From an uncultured cyanobacterium (GTDB lineage Bacteria; Cyanobacteriota; Vampirovibrionia; Vampirovibrionales; JAGQHJ01), in assembly GCA_937922745.1 (NCBI GenBank), contig CALAJO010000005.1, positions 1,991 to 65,990 on the forward strand: a stretch of DNA of 64,000 nucleotides. The letters are read 5' to 3'. The position numbers were made by a program, and so were the translations under genes. The notes below the pieces were generated by a model. The model did no database searches. It was not told the DNA's origin and saw nothing but the letters and a program-made list of their open reading frames with translations. Shown piece after piece: positions 19,911 to 29,039 of the stretch; position 1 is the first letter of the stretch; every line of letters begins with the position of its first letter.

Positions 19911-22172
19911 ATGGTTGATCTCCCCCAACAGCATATTCTCTACGCCGGTGGACATAATGATCCGCTGTTCCTTTCGCACTTGGCACACTATGTCCAACGT
20001 CCCGGGCTTTGCCTGTATATCCAGTCGCCGAAGACCCGGCATAAAATAGAGAAGCTCAACCTGTTTTCCCCTGGGCAGTATCGTTTTTGCGGATTGCCGG
20101 AGGCCGGAACGGGACAGGCCCATTGGACACGCTGCAAACAGTTTGCGTTACAGCGCAGCAATACCTTGCAGCATTGGGATCCGGGGTTTTACGCGCTAAA
20201 GGATCCGGCGGTTGAGCTACGCAAGCCGTTTATCCGCTTTTTATCGCTGTCTCGGTTTAACGGGGAGCTGATGATGGTGGAGGCGCTGGCCGGGTTGATT
20301 GCCGGGCATCAAGCCAGTTCCAGCGAGCAGCACCAATATGTCCTCTTTACCGGTTTGCTCAGTCCGGCTGAGGTGCAAGCCCTGCTAGGCAACAAGCCCA
20401 ACGTGCAGGTAATCCTGTTGCCGCTGAATCCCAACGCTTCCCCCCATTTTTTGCATGTGGCGCTCAAACAGTTGGAAAGCGAATACCAGGCCGAGCATGC
20501 CGAAATCCTGAAAGACCCTTACGCAGATGATATCCTGGCGGCGTCTGAAGACCAGGAAGATGCGCTGTCTCACGCAGCCGGGGAACCGGCCCTGGTTCGA
20601 TTTTTCTCCGGTCTTAAGCGGCAGCCGAGAAAAACCGTCCTGGGCTTATTCCGGGAAGTTTACAGGGCCATGCGCCGGTTTTACCGTCATCAGGTCAAAC
20701 CGCTCCTGGCTTTTGCGCTCTCGCTGCTTTACCCTGTTGCCTGGCTGCTGGAAAAGGCAACCCGGCCGTTCCTGCTGCTTTACCGCAAGGCTTACCTGTT
20801 TGCCCGGCTGGAGGTGTATTACGGTAACCCGTGGATATACACGTTGTTGAGCCGAAAGGGATTGCAGCTCATTGTTTCCCTTCGCGGAAACTTCAGCCTG
20901 CCCGCGCTGTTCCAGAATGTGCAACTGCTGGTAAAAATGGAGCCGGAAGCCGCCATCGTTTTTTCCATCGGCAAGCCCAGCAACATCCCCGCCCGGCTGA
21001 AGGTTTTAAAGCCCGTGATCGAAAGGCTTCTGGTGGAGCGAAAGCGGGTCAAACTGATTGCCTTTATGGCCCACCTCGATGCGGATATCTATATGGACGT
21101 GCTGGGCCCGGCCGTGATGAACCATTTCCTCTTTTCCCTGCACCATGTGCCCTATTTGAGCCCATCCAAGGGCGGGGAGTACCAGACGTTCGATAAGGCG
21201 CTTTTCCCGGCAAACCAGGAGCGGATCGCGTCAGTCTTGGAAACCGGTTTGCCGCTGGAGGAGAAGATGTTACTCCTGAATGCCGCGGCGCAATACGGGC
21301 ACCTGAAGAAAACCGCCGTTTCCCTGAACCAGGTTTTTGCCTTCTTCCCCGGCCAGCATATCATCGGCACGTTGGACGTGCATTTTTTGACGATTTTGAG
21401 CCAACTCCGGAAACACCATCACCGGGATACCCGGATTCATGGCGTGCAGTTCGGGGTGGCAGCCCTGCGCGATTGCATGGACTGCCTGGACTTCGACACG
21501 TTTTTCGTCAGCGACGAGGCCGCGCAAGCAGTGTATGAAGCCGCCGGTTGTAATGCCGGACAATATCGCATTGTGGGCAACCCGGAGTGGGAAGCCCCGC
21601 TTTTGGCGGACAGCGCAAAAAACCCAATTGAGCGCTTTGATCAAGGATTTTGCGGCATGGTAGGCGTATTTACCCAACCCCTGGACGGAAGTGGCATGAG
21701 CTGCGAGGTGATGTTATTGGTTTACCAGGGGATTTTTGATTTCGCGGCACGGCACCCGGATATTGGCATCCTCATCAAGCCCCATTACCGGGATGACATC
21801 GCCCGCCTCAAAGCCATCATCCCGCCCCGAAACAACATCCTGCTGCTGGAAAGCCGGGTTGACAACACGCCCATCTTTCAAGGAATTGATGTAGCCGTTT
21901 CCTTCTTCTCTGCCGTCCTGCAATCGGCGCTTGCCAACGGTGTGCCCGCAGCGGCCTTTTGCGGCCCCCCGGAATTCCATCAGCTTTATAGCCAACTGGA
22001 ACAGCATGGCGGCCATTACGCCCCAGATTTGAACGATGCCATGGCTTGGCTGGAAACTTATTTTACCGATACGGCCTTGCAAGCGAAGTATAAGGCCAAG
22101 GCCAAAGCATATCAGTTAGCCTTGCTGGAAAACCTGCCTTCGACCCAGATCGTCAGCCACCTTTACAGTTGA
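19911..22172 (+). CDS. large GT-B-like putative glycosyl/phosphotransferase, paralog of the preceding gene
   Basis: Shares RIVGNPEWEAPL, an HG motif and a C-terminal GT-B-like core with 18010-19851. Confidence 0.5.
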   Translation: MVDLPQQHILYAGGHNDPLFLSHLAHYVQRPGLCLYIQSPKTRHKIEKLNLFSPGQYRFCGLPEAGTGQAHWTRCKQFALQRSNTLQHWDPGFYALKDPAVELRKPFIRFLSLSRFNGELMMVEALAGLIAGHQASSSEQHQYVLFTGLLSPAEVQALLGNKPNVQVILLPLNPNASPHFLHVALKQLESEYQAEHAEILKDPYADDILAASEDQEDALSHAAGEPALVRFFSGLKRQPRKTVLGLFREVYRAMRRFYRHQVKPLLAFALSLLYPVAWLLEKATRPFLLLYRKAYLFARLEVYYGNPWIYTLLSRKGLQLIVSLRGNFSLPALFQNVQLLVKMEPEAAIVFSIGKPSNIPARLKVLKPVIERLLVERKRVKLIAFMAHLDADIYMDVLGPAVMNHFLFSLHHVPYLSPSKGGEYQTFDKALFPANQERIASVLETGLPLEEKMLLLNAAAQYGHLKKTAVSLNQVFAFFPGQHIIGTLDVHFLTILSQLRKHHHRDTRIHGVQFGVAALRDCMDCLDFDTFFVSDEAAQAVYEAAGCNAGQYRIVGNPEWEAPLLADSAKNPIERFDQGFCGMVGVFTQPLDGSGMSCEVMLLVYQGIFDFAARHPDIGILIKPHYRDDIARLKAIIPPRNNILLLESRVDNTPIFQGIDVAVSFFSAVLQSALANGVPAAAFCGPPEFHQLYSQLEQHGGHYAPDLNDAMAWLETYFTDTALQAKYKAKAKAYQLALLENLPSTQIVSHLYS

Positions 22173-22658
22173 ATACATATTATCGAATGATTGAAACATT
22201 AACTTGTAGCGACTGCGAGCGCTTCGATAGTTTTTCATCCGCATTTTACACAAGGCCAGCCCTAATCCTCTAAACGCTCTGAGAGTTTGTTTAGTAAGGC
22301 TTGGTAACGACCTCGGGATACCGCCTAAGCTTGAATAACAGGACAACAACCTTGTAACATTCTCCTGGCCTCTATTTTGCGTGTGTCTTCCTATAAAATC
22401 GAGACTCTCGGTTTATTTGGCGACTTCAGCTATTTTCAATTCAGAAAAATCCTTTATTTTTATAGGGTGGCAAAATGCTACCCGGTTTTGCGATAAGGCG
22501 ATGCTTTAAAATTGCCAAATTTAACCTCTTTGTAAACAAAAACAAACGCAATCGTTACATCCATTAAAGTTCACCTTTCCATATGACGAAAAAAACAGAG
22601 AGAAGAGTCGCTGTTACTGGCGTATTCGAGAAGAAGTCGATGGAGAGGAAAGCCCTCT

Positions 22659-22988
22659 ATGGGAATGGCCGCAAGCCAAGCAAGATTCTTACTGCTTACA
22701 TCGCGCAAGAGTGACCTGGAGTTTACCGGACAGCAGGTTAACCAATCGCGGATGCAGCTTGCCAATATTACCAACCAACTGTTTACCGTGGCCACAAACT
22801 TGGAGCCCGATTCGCCGGAAGCCATTCAAATCCAGCTACGTATTAACGCGATGCAAAGCCTGGATGAATCGCTTGAACTCCAGCTTCGCCGGGTGGATAC
22901 CCAGCAGAAATCCGTCCAAACCGAGATTGAAGCCGTCCAGAAAGTCATTGATAAAAATGTCTCAATGACGTTTAAAACCTTTGCCTAA
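22659..22988 (+). CDS. small coiled-coil hypothetical protein
   Basis: 109-aa all-helical ORF after a 486-bp non-coding stretch. No recognisable family. Confidence 0.4.
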   Translation: MGMAASQARFLLLTSRKSDLEFTGQQVNQSRMQLANITNQLFTVATNLEPDSPEAIQIQLRINAMQSLDESLELQLRRVDTQQKSVQTEIEAVQKVIDKNVSMTFKTFA

Positions 22989-23380
22989 TCCTGGGGATAA
23001 CCGCAAGTCGAAAGCGTTTTGTTGTAGACGCTCAAATCCTGCTTGCGAATGGTTTCGTTTTTACGCATTTTTTCCCGCATATCGTCAAAGCGATTATATC
23101 GCATGGTATTTTGCAACTCGCTCGTTACGCAATGACAAACTTTTAGGCAGTAAGGCCCTGTTTGTTCGTCCAGCGGGCCGCGCTTTTTCTCATATGCAAC
23201 CAGGCATTCATTAACGCACTCCAGCACAACGGTTTTCGGATAGTAATATTTGCCCATGGAGGGTTGCACATCCTTGGCTGTATAGCCGTAGCGGGAGATA
23301 GGCTGGCTGCATCCGGTGAGAAACAGAAGAAAAAGCAGGATGAAGAAAAGGGGCTTCGGCACGAATCCTGCTCCTCGCAT
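22985..23380 (-). CDS. Cys-rich lipoprotein, hypothetical
   Basis: Signal peptide with lipobox LTGC and 8 Cys in the mature part. Start overlaps the dapA stop, so the two are probably translationally coupled. Confidence 0.55.
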   Translation of the reverse strand: MRGAGFVPKPLFFILLFLLFLTGCSQPISRYGYTAKDVQPSMGKYYYPKTVVLECVNECLVAYEKKRGPLDEQTGPYCLKVCHCVTSELQNTMRYNRFDDMREKMRKNETIRKQDLSVYNKTLSTCGYPQD

Positions 23381-24294
23381 CAGGACAGTGTCTTCTGCGG
23401 CTGAAGGGCCTGAATTTGTTTCATCAACTGGTCTATACGTAACATCTCATCCGCATCGGGCGGAACCAGGGGCAGGCGCAGATGCCCTTCGATAATGCCC
23501 ATCTTTGCGAGGCAGGCTTTCACCACCGTGGGGTTCGGCAGGAAAAACAGCTCCTTGAAGATATCCATCTGCCGAAGGTGCAAGTCCAGCGCCTTCCGGG
23601 TATCGCCTTGTTTAAAGGCCTTTACCATATCCCGAATCAGGTTGCCGGTAACGTGGGAGGCCACGCTAAAAACCCCGATAGCCCCCAGGGCCATAAACGG
23701 AACCGTCAGGCTGTCATCACCGCACCAAATTTGGAATGTATCCGCGGTTTTGCGCCGGATGTCGCTCACTTGATCCATATCCGGGTTGCTTTGTTTGACG
23801 CCAATGATATTCGGGTATCTTTCGGCCAGCGTTGCCATGGTTTCCGGCAGCATGTTCACCACGCTGCGGCCAGGGATGTTGTAGATGATGATCGGGCTGT
23901 CAACGGCTTGCGCAAGCGCCCCGTAATGGGCCAGCATCCCTTTTTGGGAAGGCTTGTTGTAATAGGGCACCACCACGAGCAGGGCATCCACACCCACGTC
24001 GAGAGAGGCTTTGGAAAGTTCAATGGTGGACTGGGTATCATTGGTTCCCGTTCCGGCAATCAGCTTTACGTCCCGGCTACCGATAACGCGCTTGACGATT
24101 TTAAGGGCCTCGATCTTCTCAACTTTGGAAACCGTGGGGCTTTCCCCGGTGGAGCCGTTCACCAGGATTCCATCGGAGCCTGTGGCAATCAGATGCTCAA
24201 CCAGGCGTTCCAAGGCAGGTGTATCCAGCCGGCCCTCGGCAGTAAACGGGGTCACAATGGCGGTGACCATCTCACAATTCAACGGTTGCATCAT
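23380..24294 (-). CDS. dapA: 4-hydroxy-tetrahydrodipicolinate synthase
   Basis: TAIVTPF...GSTGES...active-site region and full-length DapA similarity. Start placed at an internal Met by analogy to known DapA N-termini. Confidence 0.85.
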   Translation of the reverse strand: MMQPLNCEMVTAIVTPFTAEGRLDTPALERLVEHLIATGSDGILVNGSTGESPTVSKVEKIEALKIVKRVIGSRDVKLIAGTGTNDTQSTIELSKASLDVGVDALLVVVPYYNKPSQKGMLAHYGALAQAVDSPIIIYNIPGRSVVNMLPETMATLAERYPNIIGVKQSNPDMDQVSDIRRKTADTFQIWCGDDSLTVPFMALGAIGVFSVASHVTGNLIRDMVKAFKQGDTRKALDLHLRQMDIFKELFFLPNPTVVKACLAKMGIIEGHLRLPLVPPDADEMLRIDQLMKQIQALQPQKTLS

Positions 24295-24339
24295 CCGGTG
24301 TTTCCTCCCCAAGTGCATCAACGCTAACTGATGATGTGG

Positions 24340-25389
24340 CTATACGGCCTCGGCGACTTTCCCTGTCTTACGCACCAGCCCCATGCGATCCAATGCCTCG
24401 GCAAGCTTAACCGCGTTTAAGGCGGCCCCAATCCGCAGGTTATCGGCAACAACCCACATATTTAACCCCGTTTCCGGGTTGGAGGTATCGCGCCGGATAC
24501 GGCCCACCAGGACAGGATCCGTCCCTTCTGCCTGCTGAGGTGTCGGGTAATCTTCGGGGCGCTCGAACACGGTCACTTCCGGTACGGTTTTTAGCGCAGC
24601 AACGGCCTGCTCCGGAGACACCGGGCGCTCAAAGTCAATCGTGACGGATTCGCTGTGGCTTACAAAAACCGGGACGCGAACGGCCGTTGCGGTAATGCGC
24701 AGGTTGGGCAGCCCCAGGATCTTGCGGCTTTCCGCAACCACCTTGAATTCTTCCTTGGTGTAGCCGTCTTCCATAAACTTATCGATATGCGGGATCAGGT
24801 TAAAAGCCAACGGATGCTGAAAAACTTCGGCCTTGCCACGGGTTTTGAAGTCTGAGGCAATCACTTCTTTGGTCACTTCGCGAAGCTCGTCCATGGCTTC
24901 CTTGCCGGCGCCGCTTGCGGATTGGTATGTGCTGACGATCACCCGCTGCAGACCGCCGATTTCGTGCAATTTTTTGAAGACCGGCATCAATTGCATGGTG
25001 GAGCAGTTGGGGTTGGCAATAATCCCCTGGTGATTTTTCAGGGCCTCGTCATTGACACCGGCAACCACCAGCGGCACATCCTCATGCAAACGGAAGTGGC
25101 TCGTGTTATCCACGACAACCGCCCCACGCTTTACAGCTTCCGGCACCAGCTTTTCGCTTACGCCGGCCCCAGCGGAAGCCAGGACGATATCCACGCCCTC
25201 AAAGCTCTCTGGTTTGGCTTCTTCCACAATATAAGGCTTGCCTTGAAACATGACGGTTTCACCGGCAGTACGGCTGCTGGCCAGAGGTTTCAAGGTCTTC
25301 ACCGGAAAATTGCGCTCTTCCAGGATTTCCATAATTTTTTGGCCCACGAGCCCGGTGGCTCCTAAAACCGCAACCGTATATTTCGTCAT
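24340..25389 (-). CDS. asd: aspartate-semialdehyde dehydrogenase
   Basis: VAVLGATGLVGQ NAD-binding motif and NPNCST active-site Cys region. Lies 18 nt upstream of dapA. Confidence 0.9.
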   Translation of the reverse strand: MTKYTVAVLGATGLVGQKIMEILEERNFPVKTLKPLASSRTAGETVMFQGKPYIVEEAKPESFEGVDIVLASAGAGVSEKLVPEAVKRGAVVVDNTSHFRLHEDVPLVVAGVNDEALKNHQGIIANPNCSTMQLMPVFKKLHEIGGLQRVIVSTYQSASGAGKEAMDELREVTKEVIASDFKTRGKAEVFQHPLAFNLIPHIDKFMEDGYTKEEFKVVAESRKILGLPNLRITATAVRVPVFVSHSESVTIDFERPVSPEQAVAALKTVPEVTVFERPEDYPTPQQAEGTDPVLVGRIRRDTSNPETGLNMWVVADNLRIGAALNAVKLAEALDRMGLVRKTGKVAEAV

Positions 25390-25624
25390 TGCCCTGTCCT
25401 CTGGTTGTAGCAGTAAATATCTTTCTCTTTCAGTCTAGTACAGCAAGGCCAAAGCATCAACCTTTCCTGTTCTGGCCATCTCCATTTTGGGCCATTGAAC
25501 CCGAGATGACTTCCATAACCTTTTGAAACTTGAACCCTAAAAATATACTCTCCCCAGTGTTTGTCGAATGGGGTTTGTTTTGACATAATGAGCGCTAGAT
25601 AGAGAGTGATCACTGAAGCGCGCG

Positions 25625-26725
25625 ATGAATAATCCCAAACCATTTCTGGACCAGTTATCAACCGGCGTCATGATTTTTAGCCTGGATGGGGACGGCACTT
25701 GGAGAGTATCCGAGTGCAACCCGGCCCTGGATGGCATCCGGGAAGGCTCGGCTGCGGAACTGAACGGCAAGCAGACCAAGGACTTTATCCAGGTTGATGC
25801 CAAGACCAATGCGCCGTTTTGCCAGGGCAAGCCCTTCAAGCCCCTGGAAAAGCTACCCATCCATACGGCGTTGTTTGAAACCGCCTCCCAGCAATGGGTG
25901 CGCGTTAAGGTAAAGTATGACTGGCTGGATGAGAAAACCATCCTGTTCTGGGTCGAGCCGTTCTCGGAAGATATGGCGCTTACGCAGGCCCACGCGGACT
26001 TTGTCAGCACGGTGAGCCATGAATTCAGGACACCGTTGACCAGCATTAAAGGCTTTGCGGATACGCTGCTCCGGTATGGCGCCAATCTGGATACCGAGCA
26101 GCAAAAGCGTTTTATCACCATCATCAAGCACCAGGCGGATCGCTTGACCCGACTGGTCGAGAACCTGTTAACCGTGTCCAAACTGGGCGCGCAGAAGACG
26201 CAGTTTATCTTCCGGCCGATCCCGCTGAAGCGTACGGTGGAGCGCATTGTGCAAAGCGTGGAAGGAAAGTTACCGGAGCCAAGGGTTTTCAAGATCAACA
26301 TTCCGGAAGATTTGCCGGAAGTGTGGGCTGACCCGGACAAGCTGGAACAGGTGCTGCTGAACCTGATTGATAACGCCGCCAAGTATTCCTACCCGGATAG
26401 CGAAGTGCGGGTAAAGGCCCAGTTGCATCCGGAGGATAATGACAAGATCAAGATAGACATTGAGGATCAAGGGGTTGGCATTCCGGAAGAGCATCTGCCA
26501 AATATCTTTAACAAGTTCTCTCGCATCGATAACCCCTTAACGCGTGAGGTAGAGGGCACCGGACTGGGGCTTTACATCACCAAGTCGCTGACCAACGCCA
26601 TGGGCGGCCAGATTTTTGTGCAAAGCGAAAACAAGAAGGGAACGACTTTTACCGTGGTTCTCCCGGTTGCCACGCCGGAGCGCCAAGCGGCAGCCCGCTT
26701 GAAGGATGAAGAGGAGGCCCTCTGA
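25625..26725 (+). CDS. sensor histidine kinase (PAS-HisKA-HATPase_c)
   Basis: H-box VSHEFRTPLTSIKGF, N/G1/G2 boxes (NLIDNAAKY...DQGVGIPEE...GTGLGL). Confidence 0.85.
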   Translation: MNNPKPFLDQLSTGVMIFSLDGDGTWRVSECNPALDGIREGSAAELNGKQTKDFIQVDAKTNAPFCQGKPFKPLEKLPIHTALFETASQQWVRVKVKYDWLDEKTILFWVEPFSEDMALTQAHADFVSTVSHEFRTPLTSIKGFADTLLRYGANLDTEQQKRFITIIKHQADRLTRLVENLLTVSKLGAQKTQFIFRPIPLKRTVERIVQSVEGKLPEPRVFKINIPEDLPEVWADPDKLEQVLLNLIDNAAKYSYPDSEVRVKAQLHPEDNDKIKIDIEDQGVGIPEEHLPNIFNKFSRIDNPLTREVEGTGLGLYITKSLTNAMGGQIFVQSENKKGTTFTVVLPVATPERQAAARLKDEEEAL

Positions 26726-28035
26726 TGACCTTCCAACTGGTTCAGATAATCGGGACGCCGCCCGCTGAACTGACCGAGGTGCTTCGCCAGGAGTTGAACC
26801 AGGAAGCCCTGGTTCAGGCCATTGAGATGAACACGATACAGGAGGCCAAGGAAAGCCTGCCCTCGCTGTTGCCGGACTTGGTGGTGTTATTCCTGGATTC
26901 GCTGGATGAGAACGCCGCCCTGTTTTGCCAGGAAGTGCGCGGCCAGATGACGGAACACCGTCCGATTATCGTGGTTTCCTCCGCGACGGCCAATAAAGAC
27001 CAACGGATTGAATACTTTTTAAGCGGCGCCGACGACTACCTGACGACGGATATTGAATCCGAAGAGTTTGCCGTCCGTCTCCTGGTTCACCTGCGCCGAA
27101 ACGTGGAATTGCTATCCAACAGCCAGACTCGCCTGCCCGGCTTGCCGCTGTTCTCCCGTCTGATCCAGCGAAAGATCAATCTGGAATTGCCCTGGGCGTT
27201 TCTGCTGGTTGAACTCAACAACTTTGCCGTCTACAACGAAGTGTACGGCAAAATCCCCAGCGAGCAGATCCTGAAAACGCTGGCGTCCCTGCTGAAGTCC
27301 ATTATCCTGCCGCCGGATATTGTGGGCCAGACGGACAGCGAGACCTTCCTGGTGCTGACATCGCCGGAAAAAGCCGAACGGATTGCCGAGCATATGTGCA
27401 GCCAGTTTGATGACGTTGTTTCCAACTTCTATTCCGACAAGGATCAGAAGCGCGGCTACCTGATTTCAGTCGTCAACGAGCAGATTAGCCAGCGTGTGCC
27501 CTTTGTGTGCCTTAGTATTGGGGTGGTTTCCAGCGAAAACCGTAATTTCCGAAATTATATGTCGGTGTTTAACAGCGCGCTGGAGATGAAAAACATTGCC
27601 AAAGGCAAGTACGGCAGCAATTGGGCCAGCGAGCGCTTGAAGCTGACCGGCAGCATCACGGCCGAGCCGGAGCGTGTCCGCCGCATCCTGATTGCCGAAG
27701 GCGATGCGGCCTTGGCCTTCCTGCTAAAAAGTACGCTTGAAATGCAGGGATACCAGATTGAAACCTGCATTAGCCACGAAGAAGCCCGCAGCTTTATGGA
27801 GCGCGAGTATTTCGATCTGCTGCTGGTCGATCCGCTCATCCACGGGGAAACCTGCGGCTGGGATCTCTGCGAGTGGGTTCGCCAGCAGGAAAACCTCAAG
27901 ATGATGCATATCATCTGCATCTCCAGCGTGCATGACCGTGAAACGGCGCTTGGCTCCGGGGCCGACTTGTACCTCCCCAAGCCGTTTGAACTTACCTCCC
28001 TGTTTACCTGGGTGGATAAATTTCTGAAACGTTAA
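26725..28035 (+). CDS. response regulator with pseudo-receiver, degenerate GGDEF-like domain and C-terminal receiver (REC*-GGDEF*-REC)
   Basis: ATG overlaps the kinase stop (TGATG). The middle domain aligns to GGDEF, but GGDEF is replaced by QTDSETF and DxDxFK by ELNNF. The C-terminal receiver is canonical (LLLVDPL...KP). The N-terminal receiver lacks the acidic pair and Lys. Confidence 0.75.
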   Translation: MTFQLVQIIGTPPAELTEVLRQELNQEALVQAIEMNTIQEAKESLPSLLPDLVVLFLDSLDENAALFCQEVRGQMTEHRPIIVVSSATANKDQRIEYFLSGADDYLTTDIESEEFAVRLLVHLRRNVELLSNSQTRLPGLPLFSRLIQRKINLELPWAFLLVELNNFAVYNEVYGKIPSEQILKTLASLLKSIILPPDIVGQTDSETFLVLTSPEKAERIAEHMCSQFDDVVSNFYSDKDQKRGYLISVVNEQISQRVPFVCLSIGVVSSENRNFRNYMSVFNSALEMKNIAKGKYGSNWASERLKLTGSITAEPERVRRILIAEGDAALAFLLKSTLEMQGYQIETCISHEEARSFMEREYFDLLLVDPLIHGETCGWDLCEWVRQQENLKMMHIICISSVHDRETALGSGADLYLPKPFELTSLFTWVDKFLKR

Positions 28036-28157
28036 ATCTTATTCTGCGAACTTGTGGCGACCGATGCAAGATAAAGACCATCGGCTAAGGTGCTTGACGC
28101 CTTAAAATGATAAGATCCTGTGTAGCTTTTACAAGTTGCAACGATGGAGGGAGCTGG

Positions 28158-28817
28158 ATGGTTGATTTTGATACGAACGAAGCCAAAATCCTTCGACGGC
28201 GGATGATTGAAACCCAGCTTAAAGCCCGCGGGATCAACGACAGGAAGGTTCTTAATGCCTTTGAGCAGGTCGAGCGGCATCGTTTTGCCCCGTTTAACTC
28301 GTTGGAGGAGGCCTATGCAGATAACCCGTCTTCTATCGATTGCAAGCAAACCATCTCCCAGCCGTATATGGTGGCGTTGATGACCCAGGAGCTGGATCTG
28401 AAGCCAAACCATCAGATTTTGGAAATCGGCACGGGCTCAGGGTACCAGACGGCCATTCTCTGCAAAATATGCGAATTCGTTTGCAGCATCGAGCGGCATG
28501 AGAGCCTGGCCGAAAAAGCCAAGGCAACGTTGACGGCGCATCATATCATCAACTTTCAAATCACCGTGGGCGATGGCTCCCAGGGGCTCCCGGATGAGGC
28601 CCCCTTTGATCGAATCATCGTGACAGCGGCGGCGGAGACCTTTCCGCCGGCCCTGTTGGCGCAGCTTTCATCCCAGGAGGGCGTCATGGTCATTCCCAAG
28701 ACAGTCGTCAAGGATCAGCAGGAGCTGTTTAAAGTGGTGCGGCACAGCCAAACCCACTACGAATACCATCGCTTGGGGAGTGTCCGCTTCGTGCCGCTGG
28801 TAGTGGATTCGGTTTGA
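28158..28817 (+). CDS. pcm: protein-L-isoaspartate O-methyltransferase
   Basis: SQPYMVA and SAM motif LEIGTGSGYQTA. Start at ATG 28158 with RBS GGAGGGAG. Confidence 0.85.
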   Translation: MVDFDTNEAKILRRRMIETQLKARGINDRKVLNAFEQVERHRFAPFNSLEEAYADNPSSIDCKQTISQPYMVALMTQELDLKPNHQILEIGTGSGYQTAILCKICEFVCSIERHESLAEKAKATLTAHHIINFQITVGDGSQGLPDEAPFDRIIVTAAAETFPPALLAQLSSQEGVMVIPKTVVKDQQELFKVVRHSQTHYEYHRLGSVRFVPLVVDSV

Positions 28818-28833
28818 TTTAAGACAAGGAAAA

Positions 28834-28852
28834 GGCTCCCAAGTCGGGAGCC
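28834..28852. terminator. hairpin GGCTCCC-aagtc-GGGAGCC between convergent pcm and threonine dehydratase genes
   Basis: Perfect 7-bp stem. The U-tract is only on the minus-strand reading (TTTTCCTT), so it may terminate the minus-strand operon. Confidence 0.3.
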
Positions 28853-29039
28853 CGATTAGTCCTTGATGTTGAGTTTGAGTACGGACTTAACATGTTCATG
28901 ATAAAAGCAGTTTCCCCGGAATCATCCAAAATCAAGGATGATTTAATCAGTATTAACTTTTGATTATCGAACGGGGATAAGGAACATCTCCAAGGCAAAT
29001 AACGGAGCCGGGACGAATGGGCTGAGGGGCCGGTCTGTT

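Noticed and set aside
23482-24327. 281-aa plus-strand ORF antisense to dapA
   Set aside because: The dapA frame has canonical motifs. The antisense ORF is His/Arg-rich low-complexity sequence.
25390-25624. Possible lysine (L-box) riboswitch in the asd-dapA leader
   Set aside because: No recognisable L-box conserved helices or motifs could be traced by eye. The region more likely holds divergent promoters for asd and the histidine kinase.
25537-26382. 281-aa minus-strand ORF antisense to the histidine kinase
   Set aside because: It is Ser-rich and low-complexity with no domain. The sense strand has H, N and G boxes.
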